A DNA stretch of 64,000 bases from Longimicrobiales bacterium. Its GTDB lineage: Bacteria > Gemmatimonadota > Gemmatimonadetes > Longimicrobiales > Gaopeijiaceae. Position numbers and translations under genes: made by a program. Position 1 is the first letter of the stretch. The number at the start of each line of letters is the position of its first letter. The stretch spans positions 629,060-693,059 of the forward strand of contig OZ220468.1 in the NCBI GenBank assembly GCA_965115975.1. Direction: 5' to 3'. Positions 25,492 through 35,845 of this stretch are shown one piece after another. The notes below the pieces were generated by a model. That model was given only the letters and a program-made list of their open reading frames with translations, did no database searches and was not told where the DNA came from.

Positions 25492-25614
25492 CCCGGCAGC
25501 GGAGCCGGACCGTCGTGGATTCTCCGTGGACCCACCGTCGCGGGAGCGCCGTTAGCGGGCGCGGCTGGCGCGCGCCCGGCGACGGAGCGAGGTCGCTCCG
25601 TTCGTGAGCTCAAG

Positions 25615-25634
25615 CGCGGGCGCCGAAGCCCGCG
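25615..25634 (-). terminator. GC hairpin after the DUF2911 gene
   Basis: CGCGGGC-gccgaa-GCCCGCG, 7-bp perfect stem, 4 nt beyond the stop codon at 25638. Confidence 0.4.
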
Positions 25635-25637
25635 AGA

Positions 25638-26309
25638 CTACCGCCCGGTGACCGCGAACGGGACGGTCGCCAACTGATCGTCCCACCACACCGCGAACAC
25701 CCCCCCGTCGCGGGTCATGTCCAGGAACGCGATCACAAGCTGGTCGGAGGACATCGGGAGCCTATCGACATCCATCGAGACGCGCAGTGCGTCGCGGTCC
25801 GGCGTGTAGCCGTAAGCGCCCCAAAGCGCGTCCGCGTCCTCTTCCCTCGAGCTTTCCCTGGCCCCCCAATTGGAGAAGATCAAGGTCCATTCGTTCTCGC
25901 CCAACGCGGCGAAGAGGCTGTACTCTCCGGCGGGCAGACGCCCGTCGCCGAACGTCAGGCTCGTCTCGGTCGTGAATCGCGTCGATCGGTCGGCGCCCAA
26001 GCGCCAGACCGGCGCTCCGCGCAGAAACGCGGCCCCGTACTGGTGGCCCGATCCGAATAGGTCGCGACCTCGAAGGATGGGTCTTCCGTAGTCCACCACG
26101 ATCCAGGCGCCGTTCTCGTAGCGACCGTTGTCGTTGTACGCGCCGCCCACCTGGGTCGCCGCCTGACCGCGTGGGCTCGCGGGCCTTCGTTGCGCGTCCG
26201 CTGCGTCCAGGGGCGCCAGCGCCAGGATCGGCAGAGCCAACGCGGTCCACGCGCGCGCGCGGCGCGCTGAGCGGGTCCGCTCGCCGGCGTCGATTCGATG
26301 GTCCGTCAT
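25638..26309 (-). CDS. DUF2911 domain-containing secreted protein
   Basis: Signal-like WTALALPILALAPLDAADA. Body VVDYGRP..RGR.LFG..........WRLGA...T.F.T...L.FG...LPAGEYSLF... typical of DUF2911. ATG26309 chosen. Confidence 0.6.
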   Translation of the reverse strand: MTDHRIDAGERTRSARRARAWTALALPILALAPLDAADAQRRPASPRGQAATQVGGAYNDNGRYENGAWIVVDYGRPILRGRDLFGSGHQYGAAFLRGAPVWRLGADRSTRFTTETSLTFGDGRLPAGEYSLFAALGENEWTLIFSNWGARESSREEDADALWGAYGYTPDRDALRVSMDVDRLPMSSDQLVIAFLDMTRDGGVFAVWWDDQLATVPFAVTGR

Positions 26310-26563
26310 GCCTTGCCGCCTCCGCTGATCGAGACCCGACGCGAATCGTTGGTCGGTGCGCGATCCGTCCAAGAGAATCGCGTCGCAATTCTACGGGGTC
26401 CGCGGCGCGCCGCAAGGTCGCGCGCGAGGCGGCGCTCCGTTTCATCGCGTTCGCCGCCGCCGGGCCCCGGCGAACCCGAAGCGCCTTGTCGCTTGCGCGC
26501 GGATGCGCGCCGGCGAATACTGCGAACGCGGTCCAGGGAGATCCACGCAAGGACGGTCGAGGA

Positions 26564-27721
26564 ATGAGATGGAGCTCGTGCGCCCGCGCTCTGCGGCGGC
26601 AGGCCGCGCTCGGCGTCGCGGCGATCGCGGCGGCGGCGCTCGCGCTGGGGTGCGGGAGGGCGCAGGCCCCCCCGGATTCGGCGACGGCCGGCGACGTCGC
26701 GGTCGTGGACTACGAGCCCCGAAGCACGCTGGTCGTGCCGGAGAATCCGATCGCGCGCGCGCGATTCCCCTTCGTGGACGTCCACGGGCACCAGCGCGCG
26801 CACGCGCTGGCGGGCGAGGACGTGGACCGCCTGGTTCGGGAGATGGACGAACTCAACATGGCGGTCATGGTCAACCTGTCGGGCGGCAGCGGCGAGGGCC
26901 TGGCGACCGGACTTCGAAACATGGCCGGACGTCATCCGGGACGCTTCGTCTTCTTCGCCAACGCGGATTTCTTCGGCGTGGGAGAGGGGGGATGGGGACG
27001 GAGAGCGGCCGCCCAGCTCGAGGAGGACGTCCGAGCCGGCGCCGCCGGACTCAAGATCTTCAAGGGTTTGGGCATGGCCCACCGGGACGTGGACGGCGAA
27101 CGGATCCCGGTCGACGATCCCCGACTGGCGCCGTTGTGGGACAAGGCCGGCGAGCTCGGAATCCCGGTCCTGATCCACTCGGCCGACCCAGCCGAGTTCT
27201 GGCAACCGCACGACCGCTTCAACGAACGATGGCTGGAACTCAGGCTGCGACCTCGGCGCATCCGTCCGCCGGATCGATTTCCGCCGTTCGAGCGGATCGT
27301 CGCCGAACAGCACAGTCTGTTCCGCCGCCACCCGAACACCGACTTCATCGCCGCCCACCTTGGATGGCTGGGTCACGACCTGGCCCGACTCGGTCGGGTG
27401 CTGGACGAGATTCCCAACATGTACGTCGGGCTGGGCGCGGTCCTGTACGAGCTCGGCCGGCAGCCGCGATTCGCGCGCGAGTGGCTGATCGAGCACCAGG
27501 ACAGGGTCCTCATGGGCAAGGACTCCTACGACAAGGAGGAGTTCCACACGTACTTCCGCGTCTTCGAGACCCGGGACGAGTATTTCGAGTACTATCGGCG
27601 CTACCACGCCTTCTGGCGCATGTACGGTCTGGACCTGCCCGACGACGTCCTGCGGAAGATCTACTACCGCAATGCGCTTCGGATCGTGCCCGCGATCGAC
27701 GAGAGACTGTTTCCGAACTGA
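26564..27721 (+). CDS. amidohydrolase family metal-dependent hydrolase, secreted/lipoprotein
   Basis: Signal AAIAAAALALGCG. FPFVDVHGHQ metal-binding HxH. IPVLIHSADP. ATG26564 inside track ORF 26171-27721. Confidence 0.7.
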   Translation: MRWSSCARALRRQAALGVAAIAAAALALGCGRAQAPPDSATAGDVAVVDYEPRSTLVVPENPIARARFPFVDVHGHQRAHALAGEDVDRLVREMDELNMAVMVNLSGGSGEGLATGLRNMAGRHPGRFVFFANADFFGVGEGGWGRRAAAQLEEDVRAGAAGLKIFKGLGMAHRDVDGERIPVDDPRLAPLWDKAGELGIPVLIHSADPAEFWQPHDRFNERWLELRLRPRRIRPPDRFPPFERIVAEQHSLFRRHPNTDFIAAHLGWLGHDLARLGRVLDEIPNMYVGLGAVLYELGRQPRFAREWLIEHQDRVLMGKDSYDKEEFHTYFRVFETRDEYFEYYRRYHAFWRMYGLDLPDDVLRKIYYRNALRIVPAIDERLFPN

Positions 27722-28247
27722 AGCGGACCCGTCCGATCGCTGGATTCAACGCGGCCGCGGGACGAGCGGATCCGTCGATCTCGCCGGTCTCGAGCGCGAT
27801 CGGCGCCTCGTTCGCCTCGTCCGGAGGAAAAGGCCGTGACGCGAGCCCGGACGGGAACGGCGGCCGCCTCCTCGACGAGCGCGGCGGCGTCGGCGCTGGC
27901 CTCCGCGCTCGTCGGGCGCTTTCCATGAACGGACGCCTCTCGCAGTCCAGCGGCGGGACGGCGCGCGAGCGGTCCCTCCGCAGCGACCGCTCGCCGTCCG
28001 TCGCCCGTCCGCAGGATCTCGACGAAGCGGTTTGCGCGATCAGCCGGCCACGGTCGAAGTTGTTCCTGGTCGGACGCGGGGGCTGCGGGGCGGCGCCGCG
28101 CACCCCGGGTCAACGTTGCCGCGTCCGCCCTTGTCCTTGGGACGTTGGACCGGGGAGCCCCGAGGCCGGTCGCCGCTCCTGCGCATCGGGACCTCGGGTC
28201 CGAGGCCTTTCACGTGCGCCCCGCTTCGGAGCGCGGAGGAGAATGAA

Positions 28248-29234
28248 GTGAACACGACGCTGACTCGACGGAGCTGGATCCGCGCCGGCGCGGCCGCGGG
28301 CGCCGCCCTCTCGCTTCGCCCCGGGATCCTGAGCGCGCTCGACGCGATCCGGGCCCAGGGGACGATCACCCGAACCATCCCCGGCACCGACGAGCGGTTG
28401 CCGATCGTCGGCCTGGGAAGCTCGGCGACCTTTTCGCGCGCTGCGCGCGGCGAGGACTTCGACGCGCTCCGCGAGGTCCTTCGGACCTTCGTGGACAACG
28501 GCGGCGCCGTCTTCGACACGGCCCCCAGCTACGGCGCCTCGGAGGAGGTCGCGGGGAGAATCGCGGACGAGCTGGACGTCGCGGACGACATCTTCTGGGC
28601 GACGAAGGTCAACGTGGCGGGTCGCGGCGGCGGCTCCGCCGACGCGGACGCCGCTCGCGCCCAGATCGAGCGGTCCTTCGAGCGCTTCGACGTCCCGGTC
28701 GTCGACCTGATCCAGGTGCACAACATGGGCGATCCTCCCACGCAGGTCGGCGTCCTCGAGGAGCTCAAGGCCGCGGGCCGCATTCGGTACCTGGGAATCA
28801 CGAGCACGAGGAAGGGACAGTATCCCGCCTTGGCGCAGGCGATGCGGGACTATCCGCTGGACTTCATCGGCGTCGACTACGCGGTGGACAACCTCAGCGC
28901 GGCCGAGGAGATCCTCCCCGTCGCCCAAGACCTGGGCGTCGGCGTCCTGATCTACGCGCCCTTCGGGCGCACCCGCCTGTGGTCCCGCGTCGGCGACCGC
29001 GAGGTGCCCGACTGGGCCGCCGAGTTCGACGCGCGGTCGTGGGCCCAGTTCTTCATCAAGTTCGCGGCGGCCCATCCGGCCGTGACCTGCGTGACGCCGG
29101 CCACCAGCAACGCCGAGCACATGCTGGACAACCTCGGGGCCGGCGTCGGAAGGCTGCCGGACGAGGACCAACAGCGACGCATGATCGAACTCGTCGACGC
29201 GCTTCCCGAGGCGAGCCGCCGACGGGGCGGCTGA
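28248..29234 (+). CDS. aldo/keto reductase with Tat-like signal
   Basis: TRRSWIRAGAAAGAALSL twin-arginine-like leader. FDTAPSYGASEEVAGR and IRYLGITS motifs. GTG28248 preceded by GGAGGA. Confidence 0.75.
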   Translation: MNTTLTRRSWIRAGAAAGAALSLRPGILSALDAIRAQGTITRTIPGTDERLPIVGLGSSATFSRAARGEDFDALREVLRTFVDNGGAVFDTAPSYGASEEVAGRIADELDVADDIFWATKVNVAGRGGGSADADAARAQIERSFERFDVPVVDLIQVHNMGDPPTQVGVLEELKAAGRIRYLGITSTRKGQYPALAQAMRDYPLDFIGVDYAVDNLSAAEEILPVAQDLGVGVLIYAPFGRTRLWSRVGDREVPDWAAEFDARSWAQFFIKFAAAHPAVTCVTPATSNAEHMLDNLGAGVGRLPDEDQQRRMIELVDALPEASRRRGG

Positions 29235-29257
29235 CCGTGCGCGCGCGTCGAGGCGAC

Positions 29258-30898
29258 ATGGATCGTCGGCGCTTCGTCGGCGCGTCCCTGGCCGCCCCGG
29301 CGGCCGCGGCGCTGAGTGCCTGCGCGCCGGCGGGCGAGCCCGACGCCGAGACGTCGTCCGGGGAGCGATCGGCGGCCGGGGCGACGCGGCCCGACGCGTT
29401 CGAGCTGGACGAAGCGACGGTCGCCGATCTCCAGGCGGCGATGGAGTCGGGCGAGCGCACGGCCCGCTCGATCGCGCAGCTCTACCTGGAGCGCATCGAG
29501 TCGCTGAACCGACGCGGGCCCGAACTGGGAGCCGTGATCGAGACCAACCCGGACGCCCTGGACATCGCCGCCGAGTTGGACCGCGAGCGCCGCGCGAACG
29601 GTCCCAGGAGTCCGCTCCACGGGATCCCCGTCGCGCTCAAGGACAACGTGGACACGCGCGACGGGATGACGACGACGGCGGGTTCGCTGGCGCTGGAAGG
29701 GTCCGTCCCCCCTCGCGACGCGTTCATCGTCGAGAGGCTGCGGGAGGCCGGAGCCGTGGTCCTGGCGAAACTCAACCTGAGCGAGTGGGCGAACTTCCGG
29801 GGCGAGCGCTCGAGCAGCGGATGGAGCGCGCGCGGCGGGCAGACGCGCAACCCGTACGCGCTGGACCGCAACCCCTGCGGATCGAGCTCGGGCTCCGCGG
29901 TGGCGGCTTCGGCCAACCTGGCGGCGCTGACGATCGGCACCGAGACGAACGGGTCGATCGTCTGCCCGTCGTCGGCCAACGGGATCGTGGGCGTCAAGCC
30001 GACCGTGGGCCTGTGGAGCCGGTCCGGGATCGTCCCGATTTCGCGTTCGCAGGACACGGCCGGGCCCATGTGCCGCACCGTGCGCGACGCCGCCGTGCTG
30101 CTGGCCTCCGCGATCGGGGTCGACGCCGACGATCCGGCCACGGCCTTCAGCCAGGGCCAGGCGCACGGCGACTACGTCCGGCTCCTGGATCCAGGAGCGC
30201 TGGCGGGGGCGAGGATCGGCGTCGCGGGGAGCTTTCCGGGATTCTCGCCCGACGTGCTGGCGCTGTTCGACGAGGCGGTCGACGCGCTTCGGAGCGAGGG
30301 GGCCGCGGTCGTGGAAACGGAGACTCCGGTGTCGGCCTCCTGGAGGGACGATGCCCCGCTCCTGGTGCTGGAATACGAATTCAAGGCCGGCGTCGACGCG
30401 TATCTGGCCTCGCTGGGCCCGGACGCTCCGGTCAAGTCGCTGGCCGAGATCATCGACTTCAACGAACGCAACGCCGACGTCGAGATGCCCCACTTCGGAC
30501 AGGAGCGCTTGATCGCCTCGCAGGAGCGGGGGCCGCTGACCGACCGGGCCTACCTGGACGCGCTCGCCTCGATTCGGAGAGCCACGCGCGAGGACGGCAT
30601 CGACGCGACGATGGATCGCCACGGGCTGGACGCGATCGCGGCCCCCAGCCGGGGCTTGGCGTGGAAGACGGACCACATCCTGGGCGACCGCCTGGGCGGC
30701 GGATCCAGCGCGGGCCCGGCGGCGATCGCGGGGTATCCGCACGTGACCGTGCCGATGGGGCGGGTCTCCGGCCTGCCCGCTGGGCTCTCGTTCTTCGGTC
30801 GCCGCTGGAGCGAGCCGGTCCTCCTGCGCCTGGCCTACGCGTACGAGCAGTCCACCGGGCACCGCAGCGCGCCTACGTTTCGGGAGACTCTGGGGTAG
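29258..30898 (+). CDS. amidase (amidase-signature family), secreted/lipoprotein
   Basis: MDRRRFVGASLAAPAAAALSACA leader. AS signature GIPVALKDN ... NPCGSSSGSAVAASANLAALTIGTETNGSI. Confidence 0.88.
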   Translation: MDRRRFVGASLAAPAAAALSACAPAGEPDAETSSGERSAAGATRPDAFELDEATVADLQAAMESGERTARSIAQLYLERIESLNRRGPELGAVIETNPDALDIAAELDRERRANGPRSPLHGIPVALKDNVDTRDGMTTTAGSLALEGSVPPRDAFIVERLREAGAVVLAKLNLSEWANFRGERSSSGWSARGGQTRNPYALDRNPCGSSSGSAVAASANLAALTIGTETNGSIVCPSSANGIVGVKPTVGLWSRSGIVPISRSQDTAGPMCRTVRDAAVLLASAIGVDADDPATAFSQGQAHGDYVRLLDPGALAGARIGVAGSFPGFSPDVLALFDEAVDALRSEGAAVVETETPVSASWRDDAPLLVLEYEFKAGVDAYLASLGPDAPVKSLAEIIDFNERNADVEMPHFGQERLIASQERGPLTDRAYLDALASIRRATREDGIDATMDRHGLDAIAAPSRGLAWKTDHILGDRLGGGSSAGPAAIAGYPHVTVPMGRVSGLPAGLSFFGRRWSEPVLLRLAYAYEQSTGHRSAPTFRETLG

Positions 30899-31688
30899 AG
30901 AAGCCCGTCACCCGGCGGATCGTGCCGTCGGGGTCGGCCACGACGTGGTTGGTCCCCGTCGTCGCGGCGCCCGGACCCGAGGCGCGCCAGTCGACGAGCG
31001 CTTCGCCCCGGCAGACGCGCACGTCGCCCGCGCGCTCGAGGCGGTAGTTCGGCATGTAGCGGTGGCAGTTGCCGATGTGCGCGCTCAGGTCCCGAATCCC
31101 GACCAGGTCCGTCCAGTCGTCGCGAAACGCCACGTCGTCCGCGCAGCATCGCTCGAGCGCCCGCTCTCGAGCTTCGGCGTCGCTCTCGTTCCACGCCGCC
31201 AGCCAATGGCGCAGCGCGCGCTCGAGGCCCCGGAGGAGGTCCGCGCGGTTGGCCATCACGTCGAGCCGACTCAGCTGGAAGCGCCAACCGTTTTTCTGTT
31301 CTTCGGCCGCTTCGGCGGAGGGCAGTCCGGCGTGGCGCAGCTCCAGGCGGCACCGCGTCCCCCGCGCGCGCAGCGACAGCTCGACCAGCGACGATCCCGC
31401 CGGGAACGCCCGCGACCTCGCGCCGCGCTCGATTCCCCACGTGAGGGAGAGCCGCCGCCGATCGGGGTCGAGCGAGACGATTTCGCCGGCGACGACCGTG
31501 CCGACCTGCGGGAACTCGGCTCGAAACGACGCGCCGACCTCGGCGGCGAAGGCGACGTCGCCCTCCATCCACGCGGAGAACTCCGCGGGTCGCGTCAGAA
31601 TCGCCCAGACGGTGTCGGCCGATGCGTCGATCGAGCGCGAAATCTCCACCGCCGCCGGCGCGTCGCGACCGTCTCGCGCCCTCTCCAT
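30873..31688 (-). CDS. SRPBCC (AHSA1/START-like) domain fused to SnoaL/NTF2-like domain protein
   Basis: 271 aa from ATG31688. N-terminal half SADTVWAILTRPAEFSAWM typical of SRPBCC. C-terminal half HWLAAWNESDAEARERALERCCADDVAFRD typical of NTF2-like. Lies in the tail of a 992-aa artefactual ORF. Confidence 0.6.
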   Translation of the reverse strand: MERARDGRDAPAAVEISRSIDASADTVWAILTRPAEFSAWMEGDVAFAAEVGASFRAEFPQVGTVVAGEIVSLDPDRRRLSLTWGIERGARSRAFPAGSSLVELSLRARGTRCRLELRHAGLPSAEAAEEQKNGWRFQLSRLDVMANRADLLRGLERALRHWLAAWNESDAEARERALERCCADDVAFRDDWTDLVGIRDLSAHIGNCHRYMPNYRLERAGDVRVCRGEALVDWRASGPGAATTGTNHVVADPDGTIRRVTGFSTPESPET

Positions 31689-32015
31689 GCGTCTTCGTTC
31701 TCCTCGGCCGAGTGCGGGCGTCTTCGCGACGACGGGGGGAAGCGCCGCTCCCGGCGCGCCGCGACCGCCGCCCGCGATGGGGGGAACATGGGCGCGTCGC
31801 GCCCCGGGCGCGACTCCTCGCCCGACGGCGCCCGCGAACGACTCGGTCGAATCGCGCGGTTGCGCTTCGGCTCTCCCGATCCGGGTCGCGGACCTCGGAG
31901 CCGCCGCCCCGGAAACCCGTTGTCCGCGGTCGTCGTCCGGGTTACGGTCACGAGATCGGGGCGCGAGGGACGAACTGGAGATCCTCGCGGCCGACGCCGA
32001 AAAGGAGGTTGACGA

Positions 32016-32453
32016 ATGGAACATGCGCGCAACGTCGGGGCGGCCGTCCTGGGGTGGGTGGTGATGAGCGCGTTGGTCTTCTCCCAGTATTTCGCGCTGT
32101 GGTGGATCATGGGCCCGGACGGCTCCTTTCGACCGGGGAGCTGGGAAGTGTCGGGCGCTTGGTCGGCCGCGTCCGTGGTCGTCGGGATCGTGGCCGCCCT
32201 GATCGGCGGGGCCGTCTGCGCGCGGGCGTCGGCGGACCGTCGGGGCGTCTGGATGCTGGTCGTCCTCGTGGTCGCGCTCGGGGTCTTCGCGGCGTTGTCG
32301 GAGCTGCCCGCAGGCGTCGGCGTGCGTCCCGAAGACGTGTCCATGTTGGAGGCGATGGGCCAGGCCCGGGTGCCCGGTTGGATCCCGTGGCTCAACCCGC
32401 TGATCGGGGCGGTGGGGACTCTGCTCGGCGCGCGCCCGGCCAGGGGCCGATAG
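32016..32453 (+). CDS. hypothetical integral membrane protein (4 predicted TM segments)
   Basis: 145 aa, four hydrophobic stretches, no recognisable family. Confidence 0.5.
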   Translation: MEHARNVGAAVLGWVVMSALVFSQYFALWWIMGPDGSFRPGSWEVSGAWSAASVVVGIVAALIGGAVCARASADRRGVWMLVVLVVALGVFAALSELPAGVGVRPEDVSMLEAMGQARVPGWIPWLNPLIGAVGTLLGARPARGR

Positions 32454-32567
32454 GCCGGGCCCGACCTGAGCGCATCCCCGGAGCGACCTTCCGCGGCGCC
32501 GGAGCCTCCCGCCGAGCGCGGCGAGGCGGCGGCGCCCCGGCATGGCCGGCCCTTCGATCGCTCCGTC

Positions 32568-33926
32568 GTGGAGGGTCCGGTCGGCCGCGCCGTGTGGTCG
32601 CTTGCGTGGCCGACCATGCTCCAGAACGCCGTCGGGGGCGTGCAGGGACTGGTGGACCACGCGATGGTCGGCCACTTCGTCGGCTACGTCGGAAACGCGG
32701 CCATCGGCGTGTCGTGGCAGATCTTTCTCGTGGTGTACGTCTTCATGGCGTCGCTGTTCACGGGCATGGGGGCGCTCGTCGCGAGGTTCGCGGGTCGCAA
32801 CGAGCCCCGGGTCGTGAGCCGGGTGGTCGTCCAGGCCTTTCTGGTCGCCCTGCTCCTGTCCGTGGGCGTGTTGGCGCCCCTGGGGTACGTCCTGGCGCCG
32901 TCGCTGCTCGACCTCGTGCACGCGACGCCCGAGGTGCGCGCGGAAGCGCTGTCGTACATCCGGACGCTGTTCGTGTTCGGGTTCGGCGTCATGGCGTTCT
33001 ACATGGCCGGCGGAGCGCTGCGCTCGGCCGGCGACGCCCGAACCCCGCTGCGGCTGGGCGTCTGGGCGACGGCGCTCAACGTGGTCTTGAACGCGATCCT
33101 GATTCCCGGTCTGGGACCGATTCCGGCCTTCGGGACGCTGGGCGCGGCGATCGGGACGGTCGCTTCGGCCGCCGCGATGTCGCTCGTGGCCCTGATCGGC
33201 TTCCTCCGGGGCCGCTGGGCGATCCGCGTTCGCCTGGGATCGAGTCTGCGGCCGGACCTGCGGATCGTCCGCCAGCTCTTCCGGTTCGGCCTGCCGACGG
33301 GGATCCAGGGCGTGGCGATGAACGCGGGCGGCGTCGTGCTGCTTCGCTTCGTGGGGTCGCTCCCGAACGGCGCCGAGGCGCAGGCCGCGTACGCGGTGGC
33401 CTACTCGCAACTGTTTTCGCTGGTGACTTGGACTTCGGTCGGACTCATGGGCGCCACGGCGGCGATGGCCGGCCAGAACCTGGGCGCCGGGCGACCGGAG
33501 CGGGTCGTCGCGGGTGCGCGCGTCGCCGCGAGAATCGGGGCGGCGTTGGCCGTGGGCGTCGGCGTCGCGTTCCTCGCGGCGCCGGGTCCGCTGCTCGACG
33601 CCTTCGGAATGGACGACGGCGCCGTTCGCCGACTCGGCTCCCAGCTCCTCGCCTTCCTCGGCGTCAGCGGCGTCTTCGTCGCCGTCGCGCTGGCCTACAC
33701 CGGCGCGCTGCAGGGCACGGGCGACACTCGGGGCCCGCTGTACATCTCGCTGGTCTCGCAGCTCGCCCTGCCGATCCTGTTCTGTTGGATCGCAGGCGTC
33801 GCCGCGGGTCTCGAGGCCGCGCACATCTGGCTGGCGATCCTCCTGGGCCACGTGACCCGGGCCGGGCTCAGCGCGGCGCGATTCCGTCAGGGGAAGTGGC
33901 GAACGATCGCCGTCGAGATCGAGTAG
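32568..33926 (+). CDS. MATE family efflux transporter
   Basis: VWSLAWPTMLQNAVGGVQGLVDHAMVGHF N-terminal MATE signature. About 12 TM segments, 452 aa. Confidence 0.85.
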   Translation: MEGPVGRAVWSLAWPTMLQNAVGGVQGLVDHAMVGHFVGYVGNAAIGVSWQIFLVVYVFMASLFTGMGALVARFAGRNEPRVVSRVVVQAFLVALLLSVGVLAPLGYVLAPSLLDLVHATPEVRAEALSYIRTLFVFGFGVMAFYMAGGALRSAGDARTPLRLGVWATALNVVLNAILIPGLGPIPAFGTLGAAIGTVASAAAMSLVALIGFLRGRWAIRVRLGSSLRPDLRIVRQLFRFGLPTGIQGVAMNAGGVVLLRFVGSLPNGAEAQAAYAVAYSQLFSLVTWTSVGLMGATAAMAGQNLGAGRPERVVAGARVAARIGAALAVGVGVAFLAAPGPLLDAFGMDDGAVRRLGSQLLAFLGVSGVFVAVALAYTGALQGTGDTRGPLYISLVSQLALPILFCWIAGVAAGLEAAHIWLAILLGHVTRAGLSAARFRQGKWRTIAVEIE

Positions 33927-34001
33927 CGCGAGCGGGGCCGACGGCGGGCGGCTCCGGCGCCGTCGAGTCGCCGCCGTTGCGGGGCTTGTCCGGGGCTCCC
34001 T

Positions 34002-34400
34002 CTACCGGCGCGCGTCGACCGAGCGGAGTCCTCCGCTCCAGGACAGGATGCGCTGGTCCGCAGTGACCAGCGTGTGTCCGGCGAGCGCCGTGGCGACGAT
34101 CACGCGATCGGCCGGATCGGCGTGGAAGTCGGCGAGGCGGGCGGCTCGGATGGCGATGTCGCCATCGACGGCGATCTCCACGAGACCCCGTTCGAGAGTC
34201 TCCTCTCTCCAACTCCACGCGTCTTGCCCGAAGTCGACCCGACCCTTTTCCCGCAGCAAGGCCACCTCCCAAAACGAGATCGCCGATTTCGCGAGCGTGG
34301 TTTTTCGGGCTCCGCGCTCGATCAGTCGATGGCATCGTGGCCCGATGCGATCGCGGCCCGTGCGGATCCACACGGCGACGTGCGTGTCCAAGAGGATCAC
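34002..34400 (-). CDS. vapC: type II toxin-antitoxin toxin, PIN domain (VapC family)
   Basis: MILLDTHVAVW (first acidic residue), SFWEVALL, DPADRVIVATA. 132 aa. Overlaps the antitoxin stop by 4 nt. Confidence 0.85.
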   Translation of the reverse strand: MILLDTHVAVWIRTGRDRIGPRCHRLIERGARKTTLAKSAISFWEVALLREKGRVDFGQDAWSWREETLERGLVEIAVDGDIAIRAARLADFHADPADRVIVATALAGHTLVTADQRILSWSGGLRSVDARR

Positions 34401-34690
34401 GAGTCGGGATCGCGTTCCAGGTCGCTTCCGGCCTCCGGTTCCATGTCGATGATGGGCGAAATGATGTCGCCGAGGATCTTGATCTTGTCTCGATCCGCCC
34501 CGAAGAACTCTTCGAAATCGATCGGCTTGCGACGGGGACAGGGGACCAGACGCGCCATCGGGCGTCCGCGCTTGGTGATGACGATCTCCTCACCGTTCTC
34601 CGCCACCTCGTCCATCAGACGCAGGCAGTTCGCCTCGAACTCGGACGCCTTGATCGAACGGGAGCCTCCTCCCGCGTGGTCGATGGTCAT
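34397..34690 (-). CDS. type II antitoxin, Phd/YefM family
   Basis: KASEFEANCLRLMDEVAENGEEIVITKRGRPMARLVP is the canonical Phd/YefM N-domain. 97 aa, directly upstream of the PIN gene. Confidence 0.8.
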   Translation of the reverse strand: MTIDHAGGGSRSIKASEFEANCLRLMDEVAENGEEIVITKRGRPMARLVPCPRRKPIDFEEFFGADRDKIKILGDIISPIIDMEPEAGSDLERDPDS

Positions 34691-35106
34691 GGGCTCGTCT
34701 CCCGTCGATCCGCAGTCACCGCGGTCGTGCCGTGATCGTCAATCTAACGCTCAATGCGCCTCTGCAACGGGATCGCAAGGACGGCGGCGACGCCCGCGAG
34801 CGTCCGGGCGGTTCAGCCGCGCGGGCTCGGTCGCTGGCGTCCGCAGTCCGGTTCGATTCCGGTCTCGACGTCGGTTCGACCACGCGAGGGTGGACCGCGC
34901 CGCCGTGCGGGCCGGGCGAAACCGAAGTCGCGGACGACGGACCGCGGCCCCGACGCGCTCGACCGCCCGAGGTGGATCGCATCGTGCGGAATGGGTAGGG
35001 AATTCCGCGCAAGGAGTGTCGCCATTCGTCGGACGCGGTCCGAACCCCGGTGGCGCTGGCAGGCGGACGATCCCGGCGCCTGCGGGAGGGCTCTACGGCC
35101 TCGCGG

Positions 35107-35825
35107 TCACCCGTCCACGGGCACGGGCCGCAACTTGGCGATCCGCCAAGGCGGCAAGTCGTCCAGGAGCAGATGGAGGAACCTGCCGCCGCCCAAGACC
35201 CTGGACCCCTCGGGAAGGGGCACGTCCTCGTAGAGTTTGACCCCGGTCCGGCGGTCGTAGACCTCCAGAAAAGCGTCGACGGCCTGGAACGCAGGGGCGC
35301 GCGCGGCGTTCATCCTAGATCGGACCAGGATCAGGTACGGCCCGACCGGGGCCAAGAGCGTGACGACGTCGACTCCAGAGACCGCGTCCGCCAGCGCAGT
35401 GCCGTAGCTGCCGAAATCGGAGAACGCACCGGGCTCGAACACCGGAAGCGGCTTGAACGAGGCGGAAGGGGTTCCCAGAACGCCCGCGATCTCTCCCGCC
35501 CCATCGATGACGGTGACCGGATACCTGATTCCCGAGGTCACGAACGTCGAGTCGCCGGCGACCGCGACAGGATAGAACGCGAACGTCTGCCAGTACGGCC
35601 TCTCACTGGTGGTGAACGGGAGTTCGTAACTGCTCCACACCAGGTCCAGGTCTGGAGGGCTCGTCCGGTGGAGGATCGGCGGACGACTGCGAGAAGTCGC
35701 GGTGTGGTCGTACATCATCACGACCAAGTCGGAGCCGAGGGCGAGAACGTCTCTGACGAAGGTCTCCGACGGAAGACCGACAATGGTGTCGGGAGCGAGG
35801 GAAGGAGTCAGATAAGCGAGGCTGT
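35107..35825 (-). pseudogene. C-terminal fragment of IS-disrupted 6-bladed beta-propeller (NHL-like) lipoprotein gene
   Basis: Frame continues from fragment 41639-42022 once the IS and one target duplication are removed (...SNSLAYLT|PSLAPDT...). Confidence 0.8.
35806..35825. repeat. target-site duplication, left copy (AGTCAGATAAGCGAGGC[TGT])
   Basis: Identical 20-mer at 41639-41658. The last 3 nt could instead be the IS terminal TGT, giving a 17-bp duplication. Confidence 0.85.
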
Positions 35826-35829
35826 CGTA

Positions 35830-35845
35830 GCAAAGTAGAAATGTC
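35830..35845 (+). repeat. IS terminal motif GCAAAGTAGAAATGTC, left outer copy (intron-occupied)
   Basis: 16-mer also present at 37854-37869, and as reverse complement at 41590-41605 and 41616-41631. Confidence 0.85.

Noticed and set aside
27722-28247. 526-nt spacer between the amidohydrolase and aldo/keto reductase genes, with antisense ORFs (27510-28103, 27664-28113).
   Set aside because: The translations are low-complexity Arg/Ala-rich, with no motif, RBS or structure that I could support. It may be a decayed gene, but nothing is callable.
34847-34863. tRNA-like T-arm sequence tccGGTTCGATTCCggt in the vapBC/propeller intergenic region, possibly an att-site remnant.
   Set aside because: I could not build an acceptor stem, D arm or anticodon arm around it. 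The T stem itself has only 4 clean pairs. It does not match the 3' halves of the two tRNAs in the window. It is kept only as a possible relic.
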